This document shows positions 1 to 9,694 of a stretch of DNA of 55,840 bases, piece after piece. Source of the stretch: an uncultured Lachnospiraceae bacterium. Its GTDB lineage: Bacteria; Bacillota; Clostridia; Lachnospirales; Lachnospiraceae. Below the pieces are notes generated by a model that did not search any database, had not been told where the DNA came from, and saw nothing but the letters and a program-made list of their open reading frames with translations. The first letter of the stretch is position 1. Each line of letters starts with the position of its first letter. Made by a program: the position numbers and the translations under genes. The DNA lies in NCBI GenBank assembly GCA_902783665.1, contig CACZSG010000033.1, forward strand, positions 1-55,840, given 5' to 3'.

Positions 1-8
1 CAGGCAGG

Positions 9-197
9 ATGAGTGAAGTCAGAAAACAGAATGAAGATGTTCTGAAAAGAACGCTGAAAGAGGAACGGGCGCAGGAAGAACTGAAAGATGCGGAAAATCC
101 GAAAAATCCGGATGCGGTCAGTGAGACCTGGGCTGAGGAAACGATCGCGGACCTGGATGACTTTATAGAGTCCCAGGGGATCTACATCCGGCAGTGA
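9..197 (+). CDS. Small acidic hypothetical protein (may be the 3' end of a gene starting before the window)
   Basis: 62-aa ORF, Glu/Asp/Lys-rich, converging on the 258-286 hairpin; no recognisable motif. Confidence 0.45.
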   Translation: MSEVRKQNEDVLKRTLKEERAQEELKDAENPKNPDAVSETWAEETIADLDDFIESQGIYIRQ

Positions 198-245
198 GAC
201 CTGGGTTGTTCCGCTGTATAATTCAGTATGCCCGGGGGTTGGCAG

Positions 246-286
246 AAAAGAAAAAACTGGGAAGTACCGTTATCCGGTACTTCCCA
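246..286 (-). terminator. Rho-independent terminator of the AEC transporter
   Basis: Stem tgggaagtaccg/cggtacttccca with an A-run at 246-256 (U-tail on minus strand), just after stop at 291. Confidence 0.7.
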
Positions 287-290
287 TTCG

Positions 291-1211
291 TCATCTGAAA
301 AGATAATCGCCTGCCGTTACAAAAAGCGGGATCGTCAGAAGACAGGCAACCGTTGTAAAGGTATATAGTTCGGACGCATAGCGGTAGTCCTTCCCGAACT
401 GAAGGGAAAATGTCGTGCCGCTCGTCGCCGTGGGACAGGCCGAAACGATCATGACGACCATTTTTGCTGTATAAGGCACGGGCAGAAAGACCAGAACCAC
501 AAGAACAAACAGCGGCAGAAGGACCAGCCGGATCAGGCTGACCATGTACACGCGTACGTTCTTCAGCATTCTGACCAGATCTGTCTGAGCGACGGACACA
601 CCGGCGATCAGCATGGCGAGCGGCGTATTCATGGACGCCAGATAGCTCAGGGAATCTCCGAGGACAGCCGGTAGATGTACCTGCGTCAGGAAGAGGACCA
701 GCCCCAGGATACAGGCGACGATCATCGGTGTCAGAAGGCCTTTGACCGCTTCTTTCGGGGAGCTTTTTCCGGACATCAGGAGGATTCCGTGTGTCCAGGA
801 GAACAGATTGAAGACGGTGATATAGGCCGTCAGATAGAAGACACCTTCCGCACCGAGAACGCTCTGCACCAGAGGAATTCCTATAAAACCGCAGTTGCTG
901 TAGATGACCGTAAACCGTTCCAGATCAAAATGCGGATTGTCCTTTTTCCTGATCAGCAGTGTTGCGAGGGTGATGAACAGGACATGGGTAAACACAGCCA
1001 TGGCATACGTGGCGGCAAGGCCCTGGATCAGATCCGTCCTGTATTCGATCTGCAGACTGCTGATGGCAAGTGCCGGACTTACGACATTCAGCAGAATGTT
1101 TGACAACGACCGGTTTCCTTTCTGATCAACCAGACCGGTGCGGAAACAAAGTATACCGGTGCCGAGCAGGAGAAGCATTTTCAGAATCTGCGTCATGATG
1201 ATGATAAACAT
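291..1211 (-). CDS. AEC (auxin efflux carrier) family transporter
   Basis: 306-aa very hydrophobic protein with the family motif 'YSNCGFIGIPL' and 'TPLAML'; GGAGG RBS upstream. Confidence 0.85.
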   Translation of the reverse strand: MFIIIMTQILKMLLLLGTGILCFRTGLVDQKGNRSLSNILLNVVSPALAISSLQIEYRTDLIQGLAATYAMAVFTHVLFITLATLLIRKKDNPHFDLERFTVIYSNCGFIGIPLVQSVLGAEGVFYLTAYITVFNLFSWTHGILLMSGKSSPKEAVKGLLTPMIVACILGLVLFLTQVHLPAVLGDSLSYLASMNTPLAMLIAGVSVAQTDLVRMLKNVRVYMVSLIRLVLLPLFVLVVLVFLPVPYTAKMVVMIVSACPTATSGTTFSLQFGKDYRYASELYTFTTVACLLTIPLFVTAGDYLFR

Positions 1212-1299
1212 GGGTGCCTCCTGAAAAAAACAGATTCCGTCAGGTTTCAGTTAATTATTTTACACGTATCAGATAAAATGTCCAGAAAGGATTGTCCAA

Positions 1300-1935
1300 A
1301 TGACCAACATTGTTCTGGCTTCTGCTTCTCCCAGGAGAAAAGAACTCCTGGGTAAACTGGGGCTGGCGTTCAGCGTCATCCCTGCAGAAGGAGAAGAAGT
1401 CTTAACCACATCTGTCCCCGAAGAAGCCGTAAAGGAACTTTCTTTCCAGAAGGCTCATGAAGTGGCAGAGCGTATCATGAAAAACAGGGAAGCTGTACCA
1501 GCCCCGGAAACAGAGCAGGACAGGCTGATCGTGATCGGCGCGGATACGGTCGTGAGCATAGACCATGAGATCATGGGAAAACCGGCAGACCGGGAAGACG
1601 CCGCCCGGATGCTTCACCGCCTGTCGGGCAGAGAACATCAGGTATATACAGGCGTTACCATTCTTGTTTTTGACGGAGGCCGGGCGGCGGACCATCAGCC
1701 GCCGAAACCGGTGACGGACATCTGCTTTGCATGCAGGACGGATGTGTTTGTCTATCCCCTGTCGGATAAGGAGATCGACAGCTACATAGCAACAGGGGAA
1801 CCGATGGACAAGGCGGGCGCCTATGGCATTCAGGGGGCGTTTGGCCTGTATGTTGAAAAGATAGACGGAGATTACAATAATGTAGTCGGACTTCCGGTTT
1901 CAAAATTGTGGCAGGAACTCAGACATTGGGTATGA
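1300..1935 (+). CDS. maf: Maf/YhdE nucleotide pyrophosphatase
   Basis: Motifs LASASPRR, IGADTVV, DKAGAYGIQG, NVVGLP. Confidence 0.93.
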   Translation: MTNIVLASASPRRKELLGKLGLAFSVIPAEGEEVLTTSVPEEAVKELSFQKAHEVAERIMKNREAVPAPETEQDRLIVIGADTVVSIDHEIMGKPADREDAARMLHRLSGREHQVYTGVTILVFDGGRAADHQPPKPVTDICFACRTDVFVYPLSDKEIDSYIATGEPMDKAGAYGIQGAFGLYVEKIDGDYNNVVGLPVSKLWQELRHWV

Positions 1936-2024
1936 CCGGTGTTATGATGCGGCGGGAGAATCCAGACAGAATGATTCCCCGGCGATGAAATATAAACAGG
2001 ATTCAACAGTTAATGGAGGAAAAA

Positions 2025-3152
2025 ATGGCAAAGTCAAAGGTCTATTTTACGGATTTCAGAACCAGGATCGATTACCCGCTTACCAAAAAGCTGCAGAAGC
2101 TCTGCAAGGCGGCAGGAATTGACGACATCGACATGGAGGGCAAGTTCGTTGCCATCAAGATGCACTTCGGGGAACTGGGCAACCTTGCCTACCTTCGCCC
2201 GAACTATGCAAAGGCCGTTGCGGACATCGTAAAGGAAAAAGGCGGCATGCCTTTCCTGACAGACTGCAATACCCTCTATCCGGGCAGCAGGAAAAACGCG
2301 CTGGAGCATCTGGACTGCGCGAACATCAACGGATTCAATACCATCACCACCGGATGTCAGATCCTGATCGCGGACGGCCTCAGGGGAACCGATGACGTGG
2401 CGGTACCGGTAAGGAACGGAGAATACTGCCAGGAAGCCTACATCGGCCGTGCCCTGATGGATGCGGATATCGTGATCTCGCTGAACCACTTTAAAGGCCA
2501 TGAATGCACAGGCTTCGGAGGCGCTCTGAAGAACCTGGGCATGGGCGGCGGAAGCCGCGCCGGAAAAATGCAGCAGCACAACTACGGAAAACCCTGTGTG
2601 GATCCCGAGCTTTGCCGGGGCTGCAGACGCTGCGCGAAAGAATGCGGTTCCGACGCCATTTCCTATGTCGACGGAAAAGCCGTGATCAATGAGGACATCT
2701 GCAAAGGATGCGGAAGATGCATCGGCGCCTGCGCCTTTGACGCGATCGCGAACACGAATGACAATGCGAATGAAGTGCTTGTCTGTAAGATCGCGGAATA
2801 TACGCAGGCCATCTGCGATGGAAGACCGACATTCCATATCAGCCTGGTACAGGATATTTCGCCGAATTGCGACTGCCATGCCGAGAACGACGCACCGATC
2901 CTTCCGGATGTAGGCATGTTTGCCTCCTTCGACCCGGTAGCCCTCGACATGGCCTGCGCGGACGCATGTCTTGAGGCTACCCCGATCGCGAACAGCCAGC
3001 TGGGCGACAACCTTCGCAAGCCGGGCTGGAAGCTTTACAAGGACAACTTTATGGACAGCAACCCGAACATCCGCTGGAAAGAAGGCCTGGAACATGCCGA
3101 GAAGATCGGACTGGGAACCAGGGACTATGAGCTGATCACAGTGAAAGCATAA
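2025..3152 (+). CDS. DUF362 domain protein with 2x[4Fe-4S] ferredoxin domain
   Basis: 'VAIKMHFGE', 'HFKGH..TGFGGALKNLGMG', CxxCxxCxxxC x2, 'PNCDC'; ATG 2025 follows GGAGG. Confidence 0.85.
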   Translation: MAKSKVYFTDFRTRIDYPLTKKLQKLCKAAGIDDIDMEGKFVAIKMHFGELGNLAYLRPNYAKAVADIVKEKGGMPFLTDCNTLYPGSRKNALEHLDCANINGFNTITTGCQILIADGLRGTDDVAVPVRNGEYCQEAYIGRALMDADIVISLNHFKGHECTGFGGALKNLGMGGGSRAGKMQQHNYGKPCVDPELCRGCRRCAKECGSDAISYVDGKAVINEDICKGCGRCIGACAFDAIANTNDNANEVLVCKIAEYTQAICDGRPTFHISLVQDISPNCDCHAENDAPILPDVGMFASFDPVALDMACADACLEATPIANSQLGDNLRKPGWKLYKDNFMDSNPNIRWKEGLEHAEKIGLGTRDYELITVKA

Positions 3153-3210
3153 GGAACTTCTGTCCTGTCATATGGACTCTTCTGTAAGTAATATTGATTC
3201 TACTGCAATA

Positions 3211-3243
3211 AAAAGGTCTCCTGCATGTGCAGGGGACCTTTTT
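3211..3243. terminator. Bidirectional Rho-independent terminator
   Basis: aaaaggtctcctgca-tg-tgcaggggaccttttt between convergent DUF362 and degV genes. Confidence 0.8.
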
Positions 3244-3266
3244 GAAATTAATACTTTGTGCGTACG

Positions 3267-4154
3267 TCAGATCTCTCTCTGCCCGCCCCAGAAGAAGAGC
3301 GCCACCGTACCCGGACCAGTATGGCTTCCGATGGTCGTTCCGATGGTCGTGATCTCCACCTTTCCGTTCAGCTTCGGGAAGGTCTGCTCGATCAGATCCG
3401 CCAGCTTTCTGGCATCTTCATAGCAGGCTGAGTTCGAAATATAGCATTTGCCCGAATAATCTGTTCCGCCCTGGGCGTTCGCGATCATGGTATCAAGAGT
3501 TTCATGGATGACCTTGTTCTTTCCGCGGATCTTCTTCCTCGGGATCAGCTTTCCTTCGCTGTTTACATTCAGCAGCGGGCAGATGCCGAGAAGCTTGCCG
3601 ACAAAACCGCTTGTCTTGGACACGCGGCCGCCGCGGATGAAGAATGTCAGGTCCGTGGTGAAAAACCAGTGCTGCAGTTCGCCGCGGTGCTCCAGCGCCC
3701 ACTTGGCAGCATCGTCGATGGAATACCCTTCGTCCCGGAGATCCGCAAGCTTGTCTGCGAACAGGCCAAGTCCGGCGGAAGCGCTGAGCGAATCAATGAT
3801 ATAGATCTTCCGGTCCGGGAACTGTTCCTGAAGGATATCTTTTGCGACCTGGGCTGAATTGTTTGCGCCGGAAATGCCTGAAGAGAGACACAGGTGCAGG
3901 ATATCCTTTCCTTGCTCCAGGAAGGGAGTGAAAAATTCGATATACTGTTCTGTATTGGGCTGTGATGTCTTTGTCATCTCGCCGTCTACCATACGCTGAT
4001 AAAACTGATCAAAGGGAACGGATTTCCCGAGATCATCCAGATATTCTTTGCCATTAAGAGAAAAATGGAAGCAGAGATATTCAATGTCTCTCTGTCTGAA
4101 CTGTTCTTCCGTACGGTCTGCCGTAGAGCAGGTGCTGATGATATAAGGCTGCAT
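3267..4154 (-). CDS. DegV family fatty-acid-binding protein (FakB-like)
   Basis: Motifs KTSQP, LSSGISG, IDSLSAS, RGGRVS, IGSHTGPG. Confidence 0.92.
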   Translation of the reverse strand: MQPYIISTCSTADRTEEQFRQRDIEYLCFHFSLNGKEYLDDLGKSVPFDQFYQRMVDGEMTKTSQPNTEQYIEFFTPFLEQGKDILHLCLSSGISGANNSAQVAKDILQEQFPDRKIYIIDSLSASAGLGLFADKLADLRDEGYSIDDAAKWALEHRGELQHWFFTTDLTFFIRGGRVSKTSGFVGKLLGICPLLNVNSEGKLIPRKKIRGKNKVIHETLDTMIANAQGGTDYSGKCYISNSACYEDARKLADLIEQTFPKLNGKVEITTIGTTIGSHTGPGTVALFFWGGQREI

Positions 4155-4455
4155 AAGTAGCTCCTTTCATGGTTTTGTCAGGAAACTATATTAGCATAAT
4201 GGATGCAATCTGAAAAACTATATTATGTAGTTCCCGAAACAAAATTGACGGAACTATTATAGCATGATTCCTATAAAATAAAAGTCTTTTTTGTGACAAT
4301 GGATCGCTGTATAAGCCGCATGTGCCCGGAAAGGTGCCTGGAGAAGGGCGGAAAATTTCCCTGATTTACCTGTTGAGTATTGTCCGTGAGTATGGTACGT
4401 TACATAAAAACCGGTTCAGCCTGTGCTGACGGAACCAGGAAAAAAGGAGGGTACC

Positions 4456-5820
4456 ATGAGTTTCAACAAGGATTTTGTCTGGGGCGCCGCAACTGCATCC
4501 TACCAGGTCGAAGGCGCTGCCTTTGAGGATGGAAAGGGACTGAATATCTGGGATGTATTCAGCAGTGAAGAAGGTCACGTATATGAAGGCCATACCGGAG
4601 AGACCGGCTGCGACCAGTACCATCGTTATAAGGAAGATGTACAGCTGATGAAGGAGATGGGCATTCGTGCCTACCGGTTCTCCCTTTCATGGTCACGGAT
4701 TCTCCCGGAGGGGACCGGAAAGGTGAACGAGGCAGGGGTGGACTATTACAACCGGCTGATCGATGCCCTGCTTGAGGCGGGGATCGAGCCCTATGTGACA
4801 TTGTATCACTGGGATCTTCCCTATGCGCTTCATCTGCAGGGAGGCTGGATGAACCCTGCTTCTCCCGAATGGTTTTATGAGTACGCGGCCCTGTGTGCGC
4901 AGAGGTTTTCCGACAGGGTCAGGTTCTTCTTCACACTGAACGAGCCGCAGTGCATTCTTGCCCTCGGCTATGGGAACGGGGAGCATGCGCCCGGGCTTAA
5001 GACAGGACCGAACGATTATTTCCGCATCTGGTACAACCTTCTGAAAGTGCATGGAAGAGGTGTCCAGGCCCTCAGAGAAAACCAGAAACAGCCGCTGCAG
5101 GTGGGCATGGCTTCCTGCGGAGGGCTTTTCAGTCCGGCAGGGGAGAATGCTGCGGATGTTGAAGCGGCCAGAAGAGCCACTTTCGGCCTGATGGACGACA
5201 GCCTGTTTTCTGCCGCATGGGATGTGGCTTTCTGGGCAGATCCGCTCTTTTTCGGCAGGTATCCCGAAGATGTTCAGGAAAAATTCGGAAAGTATCTTCC
5301 TGCTATTACGGAAGAAGACCGGGCAGTCATCACACAGCCGCTGGACTTTTTCGGCATGAATATGTACAACTGTGTTCCCGTGCGGGCTGATGAAAAGGGA
5401 GATCCGGTCCGGGTAAAAAGATATGACGGATTCCCGCGGACCGCAAACGGGTGGCCCGCGACACCGGAGGTCACATACTGGGGACCGAAATTCCTGTATG
5501 AGAGGTATAAAAAGCCGGTCTATGTCACCGAGAACGGCCTGTCCTGCCATGACTGGGTCAGTGTGGACGGGAAAGTGCACGACCCGGGGCGGGAGGACTT
5601 CCTTCGCCGGTATCTGAAGGAACTGAAAAAGGGCATCAGCGACGGGACGGATGTCAGAGGCTATTTCGCCTGGTCGCTGCTGGACAATTTTGAGTGGAGC
5701 GCCGGCTATAAGGAAAGATTCGGTCTGATCTACGTGGATTACCGTACCGGCGAACGGATCCGGAAGGATTCATCCCGGCTGTACCAGCAGATCATCGCGG
5801 AGAATGGCGAAAACTTGTAA
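4456..5820 (+). CDS. GH1 beta-glucosidase
   Basis: FVWGAATASYQVEG, YRFSLSWSRI, catalytic TLNEP and YVTENG, WSLLDNFEW; ATG 4456 after AGGAGG. Confidence 0.93.
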   Translation: MSFNKDFVWGAATASYQVEGAAFEDGKGLNIWDVFSSEEGHVYEGHTGETGCDQYHRYKEDVQLMKEMGIRAYRFSLSWSRILPEGTGKVNEAGVDYYNRLIDALLEAGIEPYVTLYHWDLPYALHLQGGWMNPASPEWFYEYAALCAQRFSDRVRFFFTLNEPQCILALGYGNGEHAPGLKTGPNDYFRIWYNLLKVHGRGVQALRENQKQPLQVGMASCGGLFSPAGENAADVEAARRATFGLMDDSLFSAAWDVAFWADPLFFGRYPEDVQEKFGKYLPAITEEDRAVITQPLDFFGMNMYNCVPVRADEKGDPVRVKRYDGFPRTANGWPATPEVTYWGPKFLYERYKKPVYVTENGLSCHDWVSVDGKVHDPGREDFLRRYLKELKKGISDGTDVRGYFAWSLLDNFEWSAGYKERFGLIYVDYRTGERIRKDSSRLYQQIIAENGENL

Positions 5821-5874
5821 AATAAGGCCGGAAAACTGATAAAAACGGACCGGAAAACTTGTAAAAGCAGGCCG
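5809..5874 (+). repeat. 3 x 22-bp tandem repeat
   Basis: gaaaacttgtaaaataaggccg / gaaaactgataaaaacggaccg / gaaaacttgtaaaagcaggccg; the first unit contains the bgl stop codon. Confidence 0.85.
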
Positions 5875-5881
5875 GATCCGT

Positions 5882-5910
5882 TTGACATACGCGTGCTGTG
5901 CCTGTAAAAT
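5882..5910 (+). promoter_or_regulatory. sigma70/SigA promoter of proS
   Basis: TTGACA-17 bp-TAAAAT, 35 bp upstream of the ATG. Confidence 0.8.
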
Positions 5911-5945
5911 AATGCACAGACTTGTAAAAACAGGAGGTTTGATTG

Positions 5946-7385
5946 ATGGCAAAAGAGAAGAAACTGGTAGAATCCATTACTTCCATGGAAGAGGATTTTG
6001 CCCAGTGGTATACCGATGTTGTTAGAAAAGCAGAGCTGACCGACTATACCAGCGTCAAAGGCTGCATGGTGATCAAGCCGGCGGGCTACGCGATCTGGGA
6101 GAATATCCAGAGAGAGCTGGACAGACGTTTTAAGGAAACAGGTGTGGAGAACGTCTATCTTCCCATGTTCATTCCCGAAAGCCTGCTCCAGAAGGAAAAG
6201 GATCATGTGGAAGGCTTCGCTCCGGAAGTAGCGTGGGTGACCCATGGAGGGCTGGAACCGCTTCAGGAGAGAATGTGCGTCAGACCCACATCGGAAACAC
6301 TGTTCTGTGATTTCTATGCCGGGGATATCCATTCCTACAGAGATCTGCCGAAGGTATACAACCAGTGGTGCTCCGTGGTGCGCTGGGAGAAAACGACCAG
6401 ACCGTTCCTTCGTTCCCGTGAGTTCCTGTGGCAGGAAGGCCATACAGCACATGCAACAGCGGAGGAAGCGCAGGAGCGTACCGAGCAGATGCTCAATGTT
6501 TATGCGGATTTCGCGGAAGAATTCCTTGCCATTCCCGTTGTAAGGGGCAGAAAGACGGACAAGGAAAAATTTGCCGGAGCAGAGGCAACCTATACCATCG
6601 AAGCACTGATGCACGACGGCAAGGCCCTTCAGAGCGGAACGAGCCACAACTTCGGAGACGGATTCGCGAAGGCTTTCGGCATTCAGTTCGCCGACAAGGA
6701 TAATACGCTGAAATATGTCCATCAGACTTCCTGGGGCATGACCACCCGTATGATCGGCGCCATCATCATGGTTCACGGGGACAACAGCGGACTGGTTCTG
6801 CCGCCTTTGGTAGCACCGACCCAGGTGATGGTGATCCCCATCCGCCAGCAGCAGGAGGGAGTCCTTGCGAAAGCGGAAGAGATCAGGGAACAGCTTGTGA
6901 AGAGCGGGATCAGGACAAGGCTTGACGACTCTGACAAGAGCCCGGGCTGGAAGTTCTCCGAACAGGAGATGCGCGGCATACCGGTGCGTATCGAGCTCGG
7001 CCCGAAGGATATCGAGGCAGGACACGCGGTCGTTGTGCGCCGTGACAACGGAGAAAAAGAGACGGTCGCTCTGGATGCACTGGCTGACCGGATCCAGGAA
7101 CTGCTGAAGCAGATCCAGCATGACATGCTGGAGCGCGCAAGAGCCCACCGCGATGCGCACACCTACGAGGCAACGGACCTGGAGACCTTTAAAAAGACTG
7201 CTGACGAGAAGCCCGGCTTTATCAAAGCCATGTGGTGCGGATGCCAGGAATGCGAGGACGCGCTGAAAGAAGAAGCGGGCGTGACCTCACGCTGCATGCC
7301 TTTTGCACAGGAAAAAATAGCGGATACCTGCATCTACTGCGGCAAACCTGCTGATAAACTGGTTTACTGGGGCAAAGCGTATTAA
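5946..7385 (+). CDS. proS: Proline--tRNA ligase (archaeal/eukaryote-like type)
   Basis: [35 protein letters not shown]-terminal Zn cysteines and terminal 'GKAY'. Confidence 0.96.
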   Translation: MAKEKKLVESITSMEEDFAQWYTDVVRKAELTDYTSVKGCMVIKPAGYAIWENIQRELDRRFKETGVENVYLPMFIPESLLQKEKDHVEGFAPEVAWVTHGGLEPLQERMCVRPTSETLFCDFYAGDIHSYRDLPKVYNQWCSVVRWEKTTRPFLRSREFLWQEGHTAHATAEEAQERTEQMLNVYADFAEEFLAIPVVRGRKTDKEKFAGAEATYTIEALMHDGKALQSGTSHNFGDGFAKAFGIQFADKDNTLKYVHQTSWGMTTRMIGAIIMVHGDNSGLVLPPLVAPTQVMVIPIRQQQEGVLAKAEEIREQLVKSGIRTRLDDSDKSPGWKFSEQEMRGIPVRIELGPKDIEAGHAVVVRRDNGEKETVALDALADRIQELLKQIQHDMLERARAHRDAHTYEATDLETFKKTADEKPGFIKAMWCGCQECEDALKEEAGVTSRCMPFAQEKIADTCIYCGKPADKLVYWGKAY

Positions 7386-7387
7386 TC

Positions 7388-7415
7388 TTGACAAATGAGA
7401 ATCCCATGCTAAGAT
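7388..7415 (+). promoter_or_regulatory. Probable promoter of the liv operon
   Basis: TTGACA-16 bp-TAAGAT with TG extended -10. Confidence 0.55.
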
Positions 7416-7491
7416 ATTGAGTATAGGCAGTTTATCACATTGAAGTGATGCAGAGTGCCTGTATGACTGTATTTTTAAAGGAGGACAGATT

Positions 7492-8637
7492 ATGAAAAAG
7501 TTTGCAAAGATCGCAGCGCTTGCCGGCGTATCCGTCATGATGCTTTCTTCTACCGCTCTGGCAGGAGACACGTTTAAGATCGGTACCATCGGACCCCTTA
7601 CCGGTGCCGGCGCCGCATATGGAAATGCCGTTATGAACGGTGCGCAGATCGCTGTCGATGAGATCAACGAGGCCGGCGGAATCAACGGCGCGCAGGTTGA
7701 GTTCAAGGCAGAGGACGACCAGCTTGACGAAGAAAAAGCAGTTACCGCATACAATTCACTGAAAGACTGGGATATGCAGATCCTGCTCGGAACGGTTACA
7801 TCCGGTTCCTGCCTTGCAGTATCCACAGAAGCAGCTCCGGACGCTGACAACATTTTCATGCTGACTCCGTCAGGTTCCCAGAAAGACTGTATCGCGGCCG
7901 GCGACAACGAGTTCCGTGTCTGCTTCTCCGACCCGGATCAGGGAAGTGCATCTGCCATTTATATCGGAGAGCATGGCCTTGCTGAAAAGGTTGGCGTTAT
8001 TTACAACAGCTCCATCGACTACTCCAAAGGAATCTATGCTACCTTCCGTCAGGAAGCAGAGGAGCAGCCTTTTGAGATCGTTGCGGCGGAAGCTTTCACA
8101 AACGGTTCCGTGGATTTCTCCGCACAGCTGCAGTCTCTGAAGGATGCCGGCGCTGAGCTGGTTTACCTTCCGTTCTACTATGACGAGATCGCCGTTGTTC
8201 TGAAACAGGCAAAAGACATGGACTTCGCTCCGATCTGGTTCGGTGTTGACGGTATGGACGGTCTTCTTACCGTTGAAGGCTTTGATCAGTCCCTTGCTGA
8301 AGGCTGCATCCTTCTGACCCCGTTCTCCGCAGACGCAGAAGATGAGCTGACAGTCAACTTTGTGACCAAATATCAGGAGCTCTACGGTGAAGTTCCGAAT
8401 CAGTTCGCGGCAGATGCCTACGACGGAATGTATATCCTGAAGGCAGCGATCGAAAAAGCCGGCGCAACACCGGATATGTCCGCTTCCGAGATCAGCGATA
8501 TCGTGAAGGTTGCCATGACCGAGATCAGCGTAGACGGCCTGACCGGTACCGGTATGACCTGGAATGCTGATGGTGAGCCTTCCAAGAGCCCGAAGACAGT
8601 TCAGATTCAGAACGGCGTTTACGTTGGTATGGAATAA
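7492..8637 (+). CDS. livK: Branched-chain amino acid ABC transporter substrate-binding protein
   Basis: Signal peptide, 'IGTIGPLTG..AAYG', 'INEAGGING', 'AYDG'; first gene of a livHMGF set. Confidence 0.88.
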   Translation: MKKFAKIAALAGVSVMMLSSTALAGDTFKIGTIGPLTGAGAAYGNAVMNGAQIAVDEINEAGGINGAQVEFKAEDDQLDEEKAVTAYNSLKDWDMQILLGTVTSGSCLAVSTEAAPDADNIFMLTPSGSQKDCIAAGDNEFRVCFSDPDQGSASAIYIGEHGLAEKVGVIYNSSIDYSKGIYATFRQEAEEQPFEIVAAEAFTNGSVDFSAQLQSLKDAGAELVYLPFYYDEIAVVLKQAKDMDFAPIWFGVDGMDGLLTVEGFDQSLAEGCILLTPFSADAEDELTVNFVTKYQELYGEVPNQFAADAYDGMYILKAAIEKAGATPDMSASEISDIVKVAMTEISVDGLTGTGMTWNADGEPSKSPKTVQIQNGVYVGME

Positions 8638-8655
8638 TCATTTCCCTGTTTACCG

Positions 8656-8686
8656 CAGGCGGCAGCTATCTGCCGCCTGTTTTTTT
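8656..8686 (+). terminator. Rho-independent terminator after the binding-protein gene
   Basis: caggcggcag-ctat-ctgccgcctg followed by T7. Confidence 0.85.
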
Positions 8687-8790
8687 ATCAGATTCTTTGT
8701 GTTATTCATGCACTGCGGCAGAATAAAAATTGCAAAGCGCCCAATCCTGTGGTACATTTAAGGTTAGTAATTAAAAAGAGGTGGACACGC

Positions 8791-9675
8791 ATGAAATTCT
8801 TGTCTTATCTGATCAACGGGATCAGCCTTGGTAGTGTTTATGCAATCATTGCACTTGGTTACACCATGGTTTACGGAATCGCGAAGATGCTGAACTTTGC
8901 CCATGGCGATGTCATCATGGTTGGTGCGTACGCCGCGTTTGCCTGCATCATGAATGCTTCCCTTCCCCCGTATGCCGCGGTCCTGGTGGCCATCGTCGTC
9001 TGTACCGTTCTGGGCGTGCTTATCGAGACAGTAGCGTACAGACCGCTGCTTTCCGCCGCATCCTCCCTGGCGGTGCTGATCACGGCCATCGGAGTCAGCT
9101 ACTTCCTCCAGAATGTCGTGCTGCTGATTTTCGGCGCCAACGCAAAAAGCTTCCAGTCGGTGGTATCGCTGCCCAACCTGAAGCTGGCTGACGGAGCGCT
9201 GAATATTTCAGGCGTCACCATTGTGACGGTGATCAGCTGCATCCTGATCATGCTTGCCCTGACAGCGTTTATCAGCAGGACAAAGACCGGCCAGGCCATG
9301 CTGGCAGTTTCCGAGGACAAGGGTGCCGCGCAGCTGATGGGCATCAATGTAAACGGAACCATCGCCGTCACGTTTGCCATCGGAAGCGGCCTTGCCGCTA
9401 TCGCCGGCGTGCTGCTCTGCTCAGCCTATCCTTCCCTGTCTCCCTATACAGGGTCTATGCCGGGAATCAAGGCATTTACGGCAGCTGTGTTCGGCGGGAT
9501 CGGTTCTATCCCCGGGGCATTCCTGGGCGGACTGCTTCTCGGCATCATTGAGATCCTGGCCAAAGGATATATTTCCACGGAACTTTCAGATGCCATTGTC
9601 TTTTCTGTTCTGATCATTATCCTTCTTGTGAAGCCTACCGGTCTTCTGGGCAGGAAGATGCAGGAAAAAGTCTGA
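8791..9675 (+). CDS. livH: Branched-chain amino acid ABC permease
   Basis: 'GSVYAIIALGYTMVYG...NFAHG', 'FGGIGSIPGA'; ATG 8791 after GAGG. Confidence 0.9.
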   Translation: MKFLSYLINGISLGSVYAIIALGYTMVYGIAKMLNFAHGDVIMVGAYAAFACIMNASLPPYAAVLVAIVVCTVLGVLIETVAYRPLLSAASSLAVLITAIGVSYFLQNVVLLIFGANAKSFQSVVSLPNLKLADGALNISGVTIVTVISCILIMLALTAFISRTKTGQAMLAVSEDKGAAQLMGINVNGTIAVTFAIGSGLAAIAGVLLCSAYPSLSPYTGSMPGIKAFTAAVFGGIGSIPGAFLGGLLLGIIEILAKGYISTELSDAIVFSVLIIILLVKPTGLLGRKMQEKV

Positions 9676-9694
9676 CACGGAGGAGGTTTTACAG

